From the NCBI GenBank assembly GCA_963836205.1, contig CAWIIV010000017.1:1-64000 (forward strand): a stretch of 64,000 nt of DNA. Direction: 5' to 3'. The stretch comes from an uncultured Acidimicrobiia bacterium. GTDB taxonomy: Bacteria; Actinomycetota; Acidimicrobiia; Acidimicrobiales; AC-14. Both the position numbers and the translations under genes were made by a program. This document shows positions 41,676-50,132 of the stretch, piece after piece; positions within the stretch are counted from its first letter, which is position 1, and every line of letters begins with the position of its first letter. Below the pieces are notes generated by a model. The model was not told the DNA's origin and did no database searches. It was given only the letters and a program-made list of their open reading frames with translations.

Positions 41676-41888
41676 TCAGCGGGCACTCGCGTGATGGAGC
41701 CACCGCATCGTCCAGTCGTGACGGAACGCGGCGTGCAGCTCCGCCTGCGAGAACGCACACCCAAGCTGGCTGGCGAGCTCGATCAGCTGGCTGAGTGACG
41801 GCGCCGGCCCCCACGACTCGATCTGCTCCTGGACGTCTGGGCGCCGGCGCACCAGATGAAAGAAGTCGAGGGCGTCTTGGATCGGCAT
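41676..41888 (-). CDS. Nif11-like leader-family peptide (70 aa)
   Basis: MPIQDALDFF...PDVQEQI...LIELASQLGCAFSQAEL matches the Nif11 pattern; GAGGG RBS; 8 nt after the previous stop. Confidence 0.75.
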   Translation of the reverse strand: MPIQDALDFFHLVRRRPDVQEQIESWGPAPSLSQLIELASQLGCAFSQAELHAAFRHDWTMRWLHHASAR

Positions 41889-41896
41889 CCCTCGCG

Positions 41897-43966
41897 TCAC
41901 CGCCTCACACGGGCACTGGTGGCGAGTGCAGCCGCTACCGCCGCGGTCGTGAACACGCGGTTCTGGTCGAGCGCGTCGATCGTCCGCTCCTGTCCGGCCC
42001 CGACAAGCTGTCCGGGCATGGGCACGCGAAGGCGCGCCGAGGCAGGCCAGCTTCCGTCCACGTGTTGCGCGCCCAAGAGCCACCGCACCGCCCGCGCCTC
42101 GTCCGCCCCGAACGTTGTCTCGTGCCCCAGGATTCGCAGGCACCACGCGGTCGCCCACGCCGACGGTTCTCCGTCGACGCTGTGGACCGCGCCCGATGCG
42201 GTGAGCCGGGTCCGCGCCCAACCGGCGGCAGTGGCGCGCGAGGCGGGCAGCACGTCGGCAGCGAGTGCGGTCGTGTACTCGTCGTCCCACCACCAGTAGC
42301 TCTGCCAGTTGCCGGCGTCGCCCTGCTGGCGGCCCAGGTAGTCGACGGTCACCGGGCCGAGGAGCGGCGCCGCGGCGGCGGTCACGCAGTCGTGCGTCGC
42401 CTGCCAGCCCGCGAACGACGCGTCCTCCGGCAGGCGCGTGAAGCGCCGAATGGCGTCTCGCTCGGCGTAGGTCGTGATACCGCCCTCGGCCGAGACGTGC
42501 CCGGCGAGAAAGGCGTAGGCCGCAGCGACACGTCCGTGATCGAGGACACGAAGGCCGCCGGCCAGCCGCAGGGCCCACGCGGTGCTGTCGGCGTCGGCGG
42601 GCGTCAGCCGGTTGTAGCCCCAGCCCGGCTCGTCGGGGCGCCGGCGGAGCAGCGCCTCCCACGCCCGTCGGGCCGCTCGGCAGGTCTTCTCGCCCGGCGC
42701 CTCCAGCAGGCAGGCGCCCACGAACGCGGTCACCCACTCGTCGCTCGGACCGGCCGGCAGGAGGAAATCGGACCAGCGCCCCGTGTGCGCCTGCCGGGAG
42801 AGCAGGAAGTCGATCGCACCGGATAGCGCCTGGGCGACCGGGCGCTCCGAGCTCCCCGAAACGGCCGCGTGAGCCCCCGGGCGAGGCGTCCGCCAGACAT
42901 GCCCCGCACCCCAATACCCCTTGGCGACAGCCTGCTGCCCGGCGACCGTGAGCTTGACGTGGGACAACTGGCGCTCGGTCGTGGAGAAGTGATCAGCGGG
43001 GGCGGCGAGTGTCGCCGCGATCCACGCCGCCGGCCACTCCCCGGGCGCTTCGGGCGGGGTCAGCACACCAGGCACGTCAAGCAACGCTGCCGCATTGGCG
43101 GCCGTGCAGAGCCCCTCAGCCGTGAGTTCTTCGAGGAGCTCGCGCCAGCGGGGCTCTTGCGGCGGCTGGATGGCGAGCACACATTCCAGGCCGAGGTGCG
43201 GGTAGACGACGGGGCCGACGTCGAGGCAGACGGTGACCCGGTCGACGCGGTCGTACGCCCACCCGGCCCAGTGCTCGACGGCCCCCAGCGGGCCGTTCCA
43301 GCCGACCGCCTCCAGGAACGGGGCGAGCTCGTCGAGCCGTAGCCGCTTGACGTTCACCCGCACGGCTTCGGTCGTGCGGCCCAGCATGGCGCCGAGAAAG
43401 CTCACCGAGGCGCCCGTGGGGCACGCGGCAAAGCAGCCCGCCAGGCTGTCGGCCAGAGCTGGCGGCCACGGCGCAGGCAGCAGGAGCGCGAGGGCGGCCT
43501 CCGCCACTGCTTCACCGTCGGCCTCGGGGACGGAGAGGAAGACCGATGGGGTCAAGGCGGGCTGAGGGGCGGGGTCGAGGTCGTGCTCCAGGAAGACCTC
43601 GGCGATCCCGCGGTGCACCAACGTCGTGGGGTCGGCCCAGGCCGCGCTGAAGCGGTGGAGCCGCGCCCACGCGCCATCACCCACCCTCGCCGCCGGCTGG
43701 GTCGCGAGCAGAAAGTCACGGAGCAGCGCGGGCTCTCCGTCGTCACGCCGAATGCACTGCTGAAGCTCGATCGTGGGCGCGGGGTCGGCCAACCGGCACT
43801 CCAGGGCGACCCGTGGGATGGGCGCCAAGCGCCGGGTCAGGTCGGCCAGGTTGCGTCGATTGACGGGCGTGTCCCAGGCTGCCGGGAGGGCAGGCAGAGT
43901 GTGGGCCAGTAGTCCGCCAGCGCCGCGGTCAACCTCGCAGCCGCCCCATCTCGGCCAGCATCGCAT
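41897..43966 (-). CDS. Fusion of prenyltransferase-like domain and class II terpene cyclase (prenyltransferase/squalene-cyclase repeat) domain
   Basis: C-half: RQAHTGRW, WGYN...DADSTA, QQGDAGNW, QHVDGSW; N-half: LECRL, FLEHDL, CLDV, GLEC, SHVK, AKGY. Confidence 0.7.
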   Translation of the reverse strand: MRCWPRWGGCEVDRGAGGLLAHTLPALPAAWDTPVNRRNLADLTRRLAPIPRVALECRLADPAPTIELQQCIRRDDGEPALLRDFLLATQPAARVGDGAWARLHRFSAAWADPTTLVHRGIAEVFLEHDLDPAPQPALTPSVFLSVPEADGEAVAEAALALLLPAPWPPALADSLAGCFAACPTGASVSFLGAMLGRTTEAVRVNVKRLRLDELAPFLEAVGWNGPLGAVEHWAGWAYDRVDRVTVCLDVGPVVYPHLGLECVLAIQPPQEPRWRELLEELTAEGLCTAANAAALLDVPGVLTPPEAPGEWPAAWIAATLAAPADHFSTTERQLSHVKLTVAGQQAVAKGYWGAGHVWRTPRPGAHAAVSGSSERPVAQALSGAIDFLLSRQAHTGRWSDFLLPAGPSDEWVTAFVGACLLEAPGEKTCRAARRAWEALLRRRPDEPGWGYNRLTPADADSTAWALRLAGGLRVLDHGRVAAAYAFLAGHVSAEGGITTYAERDAIRRFTRLPEDASFAGWQATHDCVTAAAAPLLGPVTVDYLGRQQGDAGNWQSYWWWDDEYTTALAADVLPASRATAAGWARTRLTASGAVHSVDGEPSAWATAWCLRILGHETTFGADEARAVRWLLGAQHVDGSWPASARLRVPMPGQLVGAGQERTIDALDQNRVFTTAAVAAALATSARVRR

Positions 43967-44948
43967 CGCAGATGCGGGGGAGGGCCGCCAAGCTGTCGGG
44001 TCGTTCCACCGTGCGGACCGGCGTCACGCCCACCAGGTCGGCCAGGGTCGACAAGCGCTGGGCGTCGATCGTGGGGACGAGCCAGGCCGGAGTGAGGAGC
44101 TGGGCGACCACGTGCGGCACGGCTGCCGCTGGGGAAAGGGCCGTGACCCGGGGCTCCTGCAGCAGTTCGGCGCGCGGGGGCAGCAGGAAGATGCCTGCCA
44201 AGGGGATCGGCGCGGCGCCGGCGGAGTGATCCGCGCCCTCGGCGAAGGAGACGACTCCCTTGTCCTCGAGTCGCTCGTAGTCCACCCCGGGGAGCTCGGG
44301 CGAGCGCGGCCAAAGCGGCGTCGCGACCACCTCGGGGATCCCGAGCGCCTCCCGGGCCTGAGGCATCAGCCGGATGGCAGGTATGCCGGGGAAGATGACC
44401 CAGCCGCGGGCCTCCCGGGCGAGGACGGCCACGTCGTCGCTGATCGCGGCGCAGCCCCGCTGGATCAGCGCGGTGACGGTCGTGGATTTGCCCGCTCCCT
44501 GCACGCCCGCAACGACGAAGGCGGCGCCCCGCCACCCGATGACACCGGCATGGAGCGCAAGACGTCCGAGCCGGGACAGCAGGTAGCCCATCACGGTGCT
44601 GAGCAGGAGGGTGGAGACATGAACTGGCGGGATCTCCTGCGTCCAGGTGACGACGACACGTGTCCCGGCGGGTTCGACGTCGAACTGGACGTGATGGCGG
44701 CCGTACCCGAAGCGGAGTCGGGTCCAGCCCTCCGTATACCCAGGAGCAGCTGAAACCGTCAACCACCCGCCGGTCTCCTCGACGATCGTGCGCGACCCGG
44801 GCGCCGTCGGGTCTCCTTCGGCAGCGACTCCGGCCCAGTCGACGACCACGTCCGGTGACCCCGTGCGCACCGCGCGGAGGCCCGACGAATGAAGGGGGAC
44901 GTTGCACTCCAGCGTCAACCCGTAGACCGCGTAGCGGTACGGGCCCAA
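43929..44948 (-). CDS. HPr-kinase-like lasso peptide kinase
   Basis: LHAG, GVQGAGKST, SDD; abuts the precursor. Confidence 0.85.
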   Translation of the reverse strand: MGPYRYAVYGLTLECNVPLHSSGLRAVRTGSPDVVVDWAGVAAEGDPTAPGSRTIVEETGGWLTVSAAPGYTEGWTRLRFGYGRHHVQFDVEPAGTRVVVTWTQEIPPVHVSTLLLSTVMGYLLSRLGRLALHAGVIGWRGAAFVVAGVQGAGKSTTVTALIQRGCAAISDDVAVLAREARGWVIFPGIPAIRLMPQAREALGIPEVVATPLWPRSPELPGVDYERLEDKGVVSFAEGADHSAGAAPIPLAGIFLLPPRAELLQEPRVTALSPAAAVPHVVAQLLTPAWLVPTIDAQRLSTLADLVGVTPVRTVERPDSLAALPRICDAMLAEMGRLRG

Positions 44949-45128
44949 CTACGAAGCGTAGATGTCGGCGCCGCCGCCGCCGTCGAAGTTCGGCCCTGCC
45001 GCGTTGGTCAGGGTCAGATCGCGCACGCTGCCGTAGGACCGCACCGTCGGTGGCTGGTAACGCTTCCTCGTGGGAATCTCGGCGTCGCCGTGGGCGCCGT
45101 CCGTTGATTCATCGGCCGAATGCGGCAT
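44949..45128 (-). CDS. Lasso peptide precursor (59 aa, absent from ORF track)
   Basis: GGAGG RBS; MPHSADESTDGAHGDAEIPTRKRYQPPTVRSYGSVRDLTL|TNAAGPNFDGGGGADIYAS; YxxPxVxxxGxxxxxT leader; Asp at core position 9. Confidence 0.92.
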   Translation of the reverse strand: MPHSADESTDGAHGDAEIPTRKRYQPPTVRSYGSVRDLTLTNAAGPNFDGGGGADIYAS

Positions 45129-45171
45129 TCACGCCTCCAGGTGCGAGCGATCCGCCGACGGCCAAATGATG

Positions 45172-46953
45172 CTACTTCGCGCCGGCGCTGCGGTGCCAGC
45201 AGCGCCGGTGGCGCAGCCAGTACGCGAGTTCGACGGGTGGACGCTGCTTCGCCCAGATCTCTGCTTGCACAACCGCGGACGCACGTTGCACGGCGCCAAG
45301 CCAGCGCGAGTCGACGTGGCCGGCCATCTCCGGCGCGGCCAGAAGGTCGATCTGCCAGCCGGGCACGCCCGACTGCCTCTGCTGTTCGAGGGTCACGTTT
45401 CCGGGCATCACGGTCTTGGGTCGCGTGCGTACGCCCTCCGGCAAGCGCTCGCCCATGGCGACGCGCAGCAGGCGCTTGTCTTCGAGCCATGGCACCGGCG
45501 GGATGGCCAGCACGAACTCGAGTAGGCGCAGGTCGAAGAAGGGGAAGCGGATCGAGAGGGGGCGACCGTTGTAGCCGGCGTCCGACCACGCGAAGAGCGC
45601 TCTCCAGAGCGGCGCACCGGCCATGCCGGCCTGCTCGCGCCGGGACATTTGCCGGAGGAGAGTGGCGCGGTCGGCCAGGTCCAGGTCGCGGGCCCACTGC
45701 CCGTTGACCCAGGCCGGGAGTGGGTCGGGCTGACGCAGTCGCCGCCGCTCTCGACCGCTGTCGGCCAACCGGCGCAGGGGCCATTTCCAGGAACCGTGGC
45801 GCAGCGCGGCCCGGACGCGGGGCCACGACAGCTCAGGCGGCGCGAGGAGTGGGTCGCCGCCGTACCCCGTCAGCAGCACCGGGGCGAAGGCTGCGGTGCG
45901 CCGGCAGACCTCCTCCATAACCCACAGCGTGGCGGCTCCGGGTTCCGGCGGCACCCAGGCGGGCTCGGCTGGGGGCTCGGCGCGCAGGTACGTCTCGCCG
46001 TTGAGCAGCTCGACGGGAAAGCCCGAATGAGCGGCCACCTGCGCCGCCAAACGGCCTTCTTGGTCGTGGATCAGCGTGGGGTACTCGATGGAGAACGCCC
46101 GCAGGTCGAAGGGCTGACCGTTCGCCTTGAGTCGACGGTGGGCGGTCACAGCGATGCTCGACGAGTCCATCCCCCCGCTCAGCTGGCTCCCGGCGCGTTG
46201 GGTGCGCAGGCGGTCCCCCACCGCCTGGTCGAAGAGCAGCCGGAAGTGCTCGGCGTACTCCTCCGGCCTGCGGTACCGGAGGGGGCGAGCAGGCCGGGGC
46301 AACCTCCAGTAACGGTCGACGCGCAGCCCACCTCTGTCGCAGGTGAGCTTGTGGCCTGCGGGCACGCGCCGAATGGCCGAGTACCCGGTGGCCGCGTCGT
46401 CGAGCGTCACCTGGAACAGGGCGACCTCGGCCAGAGTCTGTTCGTCGAGGGTGTCGGGGACACGGGGATGGAGCAGCAGGCTGTGCAGGGTGTTGCCGAC
46501 GAGCAGGGTGCCGCCGGGTTGCGAGTAGAAGAGTTGGGCCACGCCGAGCTGATCCCGTGCCGCCAGGAGGCGCTCCTGGCGCCCGTCCCACAAGACGAAG
46601 GCAAAGTCACCGATCAGGTGGTCCAGGCACTCGTCGCCCCACACGAGGTAGGCGTGCAGGATCAACTCGACATCGGTTGCGCCCGCCGAGACATCGCAGC
46701 TCCGTTCGCGCAAACGCTGGACGAGGGAGGCACGCCCGTCGATGCGGGCATCGGCTGTGATCCACACACCACCGCCGAGGCTGCACGGCTGGCATTCCTG
46801 TTCGGACTCGACGCTGGTGCGGAAGAGCGTGTGGCCGAGCCCCACGTGATCGTCCGCCCAGACGTTCCGGGCATCCGGGCCACGAAAGGCCATAGCGGCC
46901 GTCATTCCGGTGAGCAGTGCAACGTCGAGGGGGGCGCCGTCGGAGTTGAGCAT
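45172..46953 (-). CDS. Lasso peptide cyclase (asparagine synthetase-like)
   Basis: RGPD, ARID, GDFAF, RDQLG, LSGGMDSS, TGYGGD, RFPFFD; no N-terminal Cys. Confidence 0.9.
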   Translation of the reverse strand: MLNSDGAPLDVALLTGMTAAMAFRGPDARNVWADDHVGLGHTLFRTSVESEQECQPCSLGGGVWITADARIDGRASLVQRLRERSCDVSAGATDVELILHAYLVWGDECLDHLIGDFAFVLWDGRQERLLAARDQLGVAQLFYSQPGGTLLVGNTLHSLLLHPRVPDTLDEQTLAEVALFQVTLDDAATGYSAIRRVPAGHKLTCDRGGLRVDRYWRLPRPARPLRYRRPEEYAEHFRLLFDQAVGDRLRTQRAGSQLSGGMDSSSIAVTAHRRLKANGQPFDLRAFSIEYPTLIHDQEGRLAAQVAAHSGFPVELLNGETYLRAEPPAEPAWVPPEPGAATLWVMEEVCRRTAAFAPVLLTGYGGDPLLAPPELSWPRVRAALRHGSWKWPLRRLADSGRERRRLRQPDPLPAWVNGQWARDLDLADRATLLRQMSRREQAGMAGAPLWRALFAWSDAGYNGRPLSIRFPFFDLRLLEFVLAIPPVPWLEDKRLLRVAMGERLPEGVRTRPKTVMPGNVTLEQQRQSGVPGWQIDLLAAPEMAGHVDSRWLGAVQRASAVVQAEIWAKQRPPVELAYWLRHRRCWHRSAGAK

Positions 46954-46970
46954 GCCGACGATCCTCCCCT

Positions 46971-47038
46971 CCCGCTCATCCGCTAGGCCCGCTCATCCGC
47001 TAGGCCCGCTCATCCGCGAGGCCCGCTCATCGGCTAGG
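46971..47038. repeat. Four 17-bp tandem repeats between RRE and cyclase genes
   Basis: CCCGCTCATCCGCTAGG twice, then CCCGCTCATCCGCGAGG and CCCGCTCATCGGCTAGG. Confidence 0.9.
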
Positions 47039-47312
47039 TCCGTTCGACGTGGATCAACCCGAGATCGGCGAGTTCATCGAGCATCCGTTCGAGGTCGCGG
47101 CGCAGCGTCGTCTCCTCGACCTCGTACTCGCTCAGCAGAGCCGCCACGATGGGATCGAGGGTCCGGTGCTCCCGCAGCAGTTGCCAGACGCGACTTCCGA
47201 CTTCGTCCAAGCCGTAGTAGCGCTCGGTGCCCAGGTGAAGGAGGACGGTCTCCTCCCCGAGCTGTTGGTGAAGAACGGCGTTGGGGACCGTGATCTGCTC
47301 GGGAAGACTCAC
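47034..47312 (-). CDS. PqqD-family RiPP recognition element (lasso B1)
   Basis: ETVLLHLGTERYYGLDEVGSRVWQLL...EYEV...DL...L...GLI. Confidence 0.92.
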   Translation of the reverse strand: MSLPEQITVPNAVLHQQLGEETVLLHLGTERYYGLDEVGSRVWQLLREHRTLDPIVAALLSEYEVEETTLRRDLERMLDELADLGLIHVERT

Positions 47313-48676
47313 GAAAACGTACCTAGCACCGTGAAACGTTCGAGGTTCTCTCCTCCCGCCACCACGACGTCGCCGCTGTGAAGCCAGGCGTGAGCCTCCA
47401 GCTGCGTCTCCCCGTCCTTGGCGACGCCCAGAGAGAGGGTGCTGGCAATCCCCCGGCGTCGCAGCATGTATTTGCCCGCGAGCGCCTCAGCCAGGCAATG
47501 GCCGCGCCAGGGCACGCGCCGGCGCATCCTCTCCAGCGCCCACGCGACGCGCTCCCGGTCGGCGAGCGTCGCGGCGTCGTTCTGACTGGGGGTCTCACCG
47601 ACCCGTTGGCGGAGGGCGCGGGTAAGCCAACGAAAGGGCAGGGCGGCAACACCCAGTCGCGCCACCGCCAGGCACACAGCTGTGTCGAGGAGCAGCAAGC
47701 GGTTGCTGCCGGCCACCCGTCGGGCCACGACGAACCGAGCTGCGGGGCCGATCGACGTGGCCAACCCCCGCCAGTAGACGGCGTAGCCGGCGACGAGGGA
47801 CGGCGTCTGGGCTGACACGTAGCGAACCTTGGCCGGGGATGGGATGAGGGTCCACCGCACGATCCGGACCTTGTCACGGATGGTGGGGGCCGTGCGCAGG
47901 CGGGAGAGTGACATCACCCCTCGAGGCGCCCACGGGCGTTTGCGGTGGTAGGCAGAGTCGGCAAATGCCATGTGAGGAAGGCCGAGGCGGCCGGCGAGAT
48001 CCACACCCTCGGGGAGCCGGCGGAGGCTCAACCCGACGACGCCGGCTATCCCGAGCCGCTCCGCCAGCTGGACCACCTCTTGCCATCCTTCGAGTGGCAG
48101 CGCATCGAGGGCGCGGCGGAGGTCCTCCGCAGTGTGAAGGGTGAACCCGTGCTGCATCGCATGCACGACGATGTGGAGCGCAATGCCGATGCGGTCGAGG
48201 ACCCGCACCTCGACGCCGCCCACCAGCATCGCTTCACACCGGGCGTCGAACGCATCCCACAAGAGGCTGTCCGGAACGTTCAGGTCCGGGATGTTGCGAT
48301 GGAGGTCGACCTTGCCGCCTGGACGCGCCCCCGAGTCCGGAGCACGGGTGAAAGGGCTCTCGACGGCCTGGGTGCTTCGCTCCCAGGGGTGGAAGTCCTC
48401 GAGCAGCTCGGTGAATCCGAGCGACCGAAGCACCGAGCCCGCGTTGACGAACTGCGACGGCGGGACCAGGAGGTCGGTGTCGCGGTACAGGCGACCCCCC
48501 GCCGGGTAGAGCCAGCGTGCGATCGACGGGCCTTTGAGGAGGATCGCGGGGATGCCGGCATCGTCGAAGGCGGCGATGACCTCGCCAGTCACGCGATCGA
48601 CGTAGAGGGCGCAGGCGGCGTGCAGCGCCGTCTGGTCGGGCCTCGCGTCCGCGACGGCGCCGTCGGATTGCCCCAC
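47309..48676 (-). CDS. Nucleotidyltransferase fused to lasso B2 leader peptidase (start uncertain)
   Basis: LLKGPS...R...DTDLLV, VDLH; C-terminal CLAEALA...LSLGV...EAHAW. Confidence 0.82.
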   Translation of the reverse strand: MGQSDGAVADARPDQTALHAACALYVDRVTGEVIAAFDDAGIPAILLKGPSIARWLYPAGGRLYRDTDLLVPPSQFVNAGSVLRSLGFTELLEDFHPWERSTQAVESPFTRAPDSGARPGGKVDLHRNIPDLNVPDSLLWDAFDARCEAMLVGGVEVRVLDRIGIALHIVVHAMQHGFTLHTAEDLRRALDALPLEGWQEVVQLAERLGIAGVVGLSLRRLPEGVDLAGRLGLPHMAFADSAYHRKRPWAPRGVMSLSRLRTAPTIRDKVRIVRWTLIPSPAKVRYVSAQTPSLVAGYAVYWRGLATSIGPAARFVVARRVAGSNRLLLLDTAVCLAVARLGVAALPFRWLTRALRQRVGETPSQNDAATLADRERVAWALERMRRRVPWRGHCLAEALAGKYMLRRRGIASTLSLGVAKDGETQLEAHAWLHSGDVVVAGGENLERFTVLGTFS

Positions 48677-49095
48677 CAGGGCCGAAGCCCCGCCACGCGC
48701 CACGCCGAATCGTATCGGCTGACAGGGAGGGCCTGCGAGATTCGCGAACTGCGGTGCGGATCCGTCGGACACCCCGGAGGACACCGCGACGTGAGAGGGC
48801 GGCAACGGTTCCCCGCCACTTGCCTCGGCGAGGTTGCGCTGCCGCCGGCTGGATGTGATGCAACAATCGAGGGGCGGTCGGGGGACCGCATCGCTGAGCA
48901 CACGCGAAAGGAGTGGGCGTCCGTGATTCCCGGCCAACGCTGACGTCACTGAACGACGTGGTGGTTCCGCTGAGGGGGTAGCACGCCGGGGCCGACGAAG
49001 GCAGCGACGGTCAACGCCTCCGCAGCAGAGCGAGGGTCGTGCAGGTTCCGGAGCCGCAGGAGCCGCGTCCGAGGAATGGGCCGGCGGGGCAGTCG

Positions 49096-49176
49096 TTTCA
49101 ATGCATTCCACACGGAGCCGCAACGCCCTGACCAGCACTCTCGCGCTGAACAGGGGGGTGCCCGGGGTGGGATTCG
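49096..49176. repeat. att-like duplicate of the tRNA-Leu 3' end and downstream flank
   Basis: About 80-bp imperfect direct repeat of 50646-50725, ending in GGTGCCCGGGGTGGGATTCG. Confidence 0.85.
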
Positions 49177-49569
49177 CGAACTCTCACCGGGACTGATTTT
49201 CGCTGTGTTGCAGAGTCCGCCTCGTAGGCTCTGACCAGCACTTTCGCGTTTCCGAAGCCTGGCCGTGCCGTCCCGTGGTGGCTGATCTGAGGGAGTTTGT
49301 GACCAGGCTTTTGACCAGCGAGGCGCCAAGTCCGCCGTCTCGCTAGGGCCTCAGCGGCCTTCCTGGACCCCTCTACCTACCCGACGGGTCAAAGACCGCG
49401 ATCTGGCGGCCGCCGAGGGCAGCCTTGACGGCCCGGGCTCGCGTTCGCCCTGGAGGCTTTCGACAACTACAAGCCCGGGACGTTCTTCGATGCCGAGGGT
49501 GGCTGCCCTCATCGACGAATCGAGGATCTAAATGGCCGGCCTCGGTTGTTGCACCTCGATCAGAGAGCC

Positions 49570-50130
49570 TCACAGCGTGGCCGGGCGAAGGGCGGCGACG
49601 GACTCGTGAAGGCCGACGATCGCGAGCCCGTCGAGCACCTCGGTGGTGGTCATCGGCGGGTTACGCAAGGCGGCAGCCTGCTGTTCGATCACGGCGGCCA
49701 CCGCCTCCAGATCGGCGTGGATCAGTCTGAGGATGAAGTCATCTGGCGATAGAACGGTGATGCTGGGTGGGACGGCAGCCGCTGGGAAGTCACCCAGGTT
49801 CGATGTCACCACGATGTCGGCGCTGGCAACTATGGCGGCGGCGACTACCTGTCGATCGGACGGGTCGGGCAGGTCGAGCTGTTCGATCAGGTGCTCGTAG
49901 TCCCGGACGATCGCATCCGGAACGGCGACGTTCACGAGGCCACGGGTCCGGTCGAGGCGTTCGGCAGGAAGGTCCGGTCGGTCGGCGAGGAGGTTGCTGA
50001 AGCACTCGTCGAGGATCTGCTCGGTCCAGAGCGCCTGGTAGTGGCCTGCGATGGCGAGGCGGAGGAGAAAGTCGCGCACACGGGCGGGGTAGAGCACGTT
50101 GGCGTCCAGCACCGCCACTGGGCGGGCCAC
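49570..50130 (-). CDS. PIN-domain (VapC-like) toxin
   Basis: VLDANVL, ILDE, PDPSDRQV, VTSNLGDF, PDDF. Confidence 0.88.
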   Translation of the reverse strand: MARPVAVLDANVLYPARVRDFLLRLAIAGHYQALWTEQILDECFSNLLADRPDLPAERLDRTRGLVNVAVPDAIVRDYEHLIEQLDLPDPSDRQVVAAAIVASADIVVTSNLGDFPAAAVPPSITVLSPDDFILRLIHADLEAVAAVIEQQAAALRNPPMTTTEVLDGLAIVGLHESVAALRPATL

Positions 50131-50132
50131 GG

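Noticed and set aside
41897-43966. Squalene-hopene cyclase or LanC/LanM
   Set aside because: Only one barrel-sized repeat region, DADS instead of DxDD, no LanC zinc-ligand motifs seen, and an unrelated N-domain
45172-46953. Housekeeping asparagine synthetase AsnB
   Set aside because: No catalytic N-terminal Cys and flanked by RRE, B2 and precursor genes
46971-47038. 17-bp repeats as CRISPR
   Set aside because: Head-to-tail with no spacers
48677-49138. N-terminal extension of the 609-aa ORF
   Set aside because: No domain signal and it runs into the att-like repeat; probably non-coding upstream region
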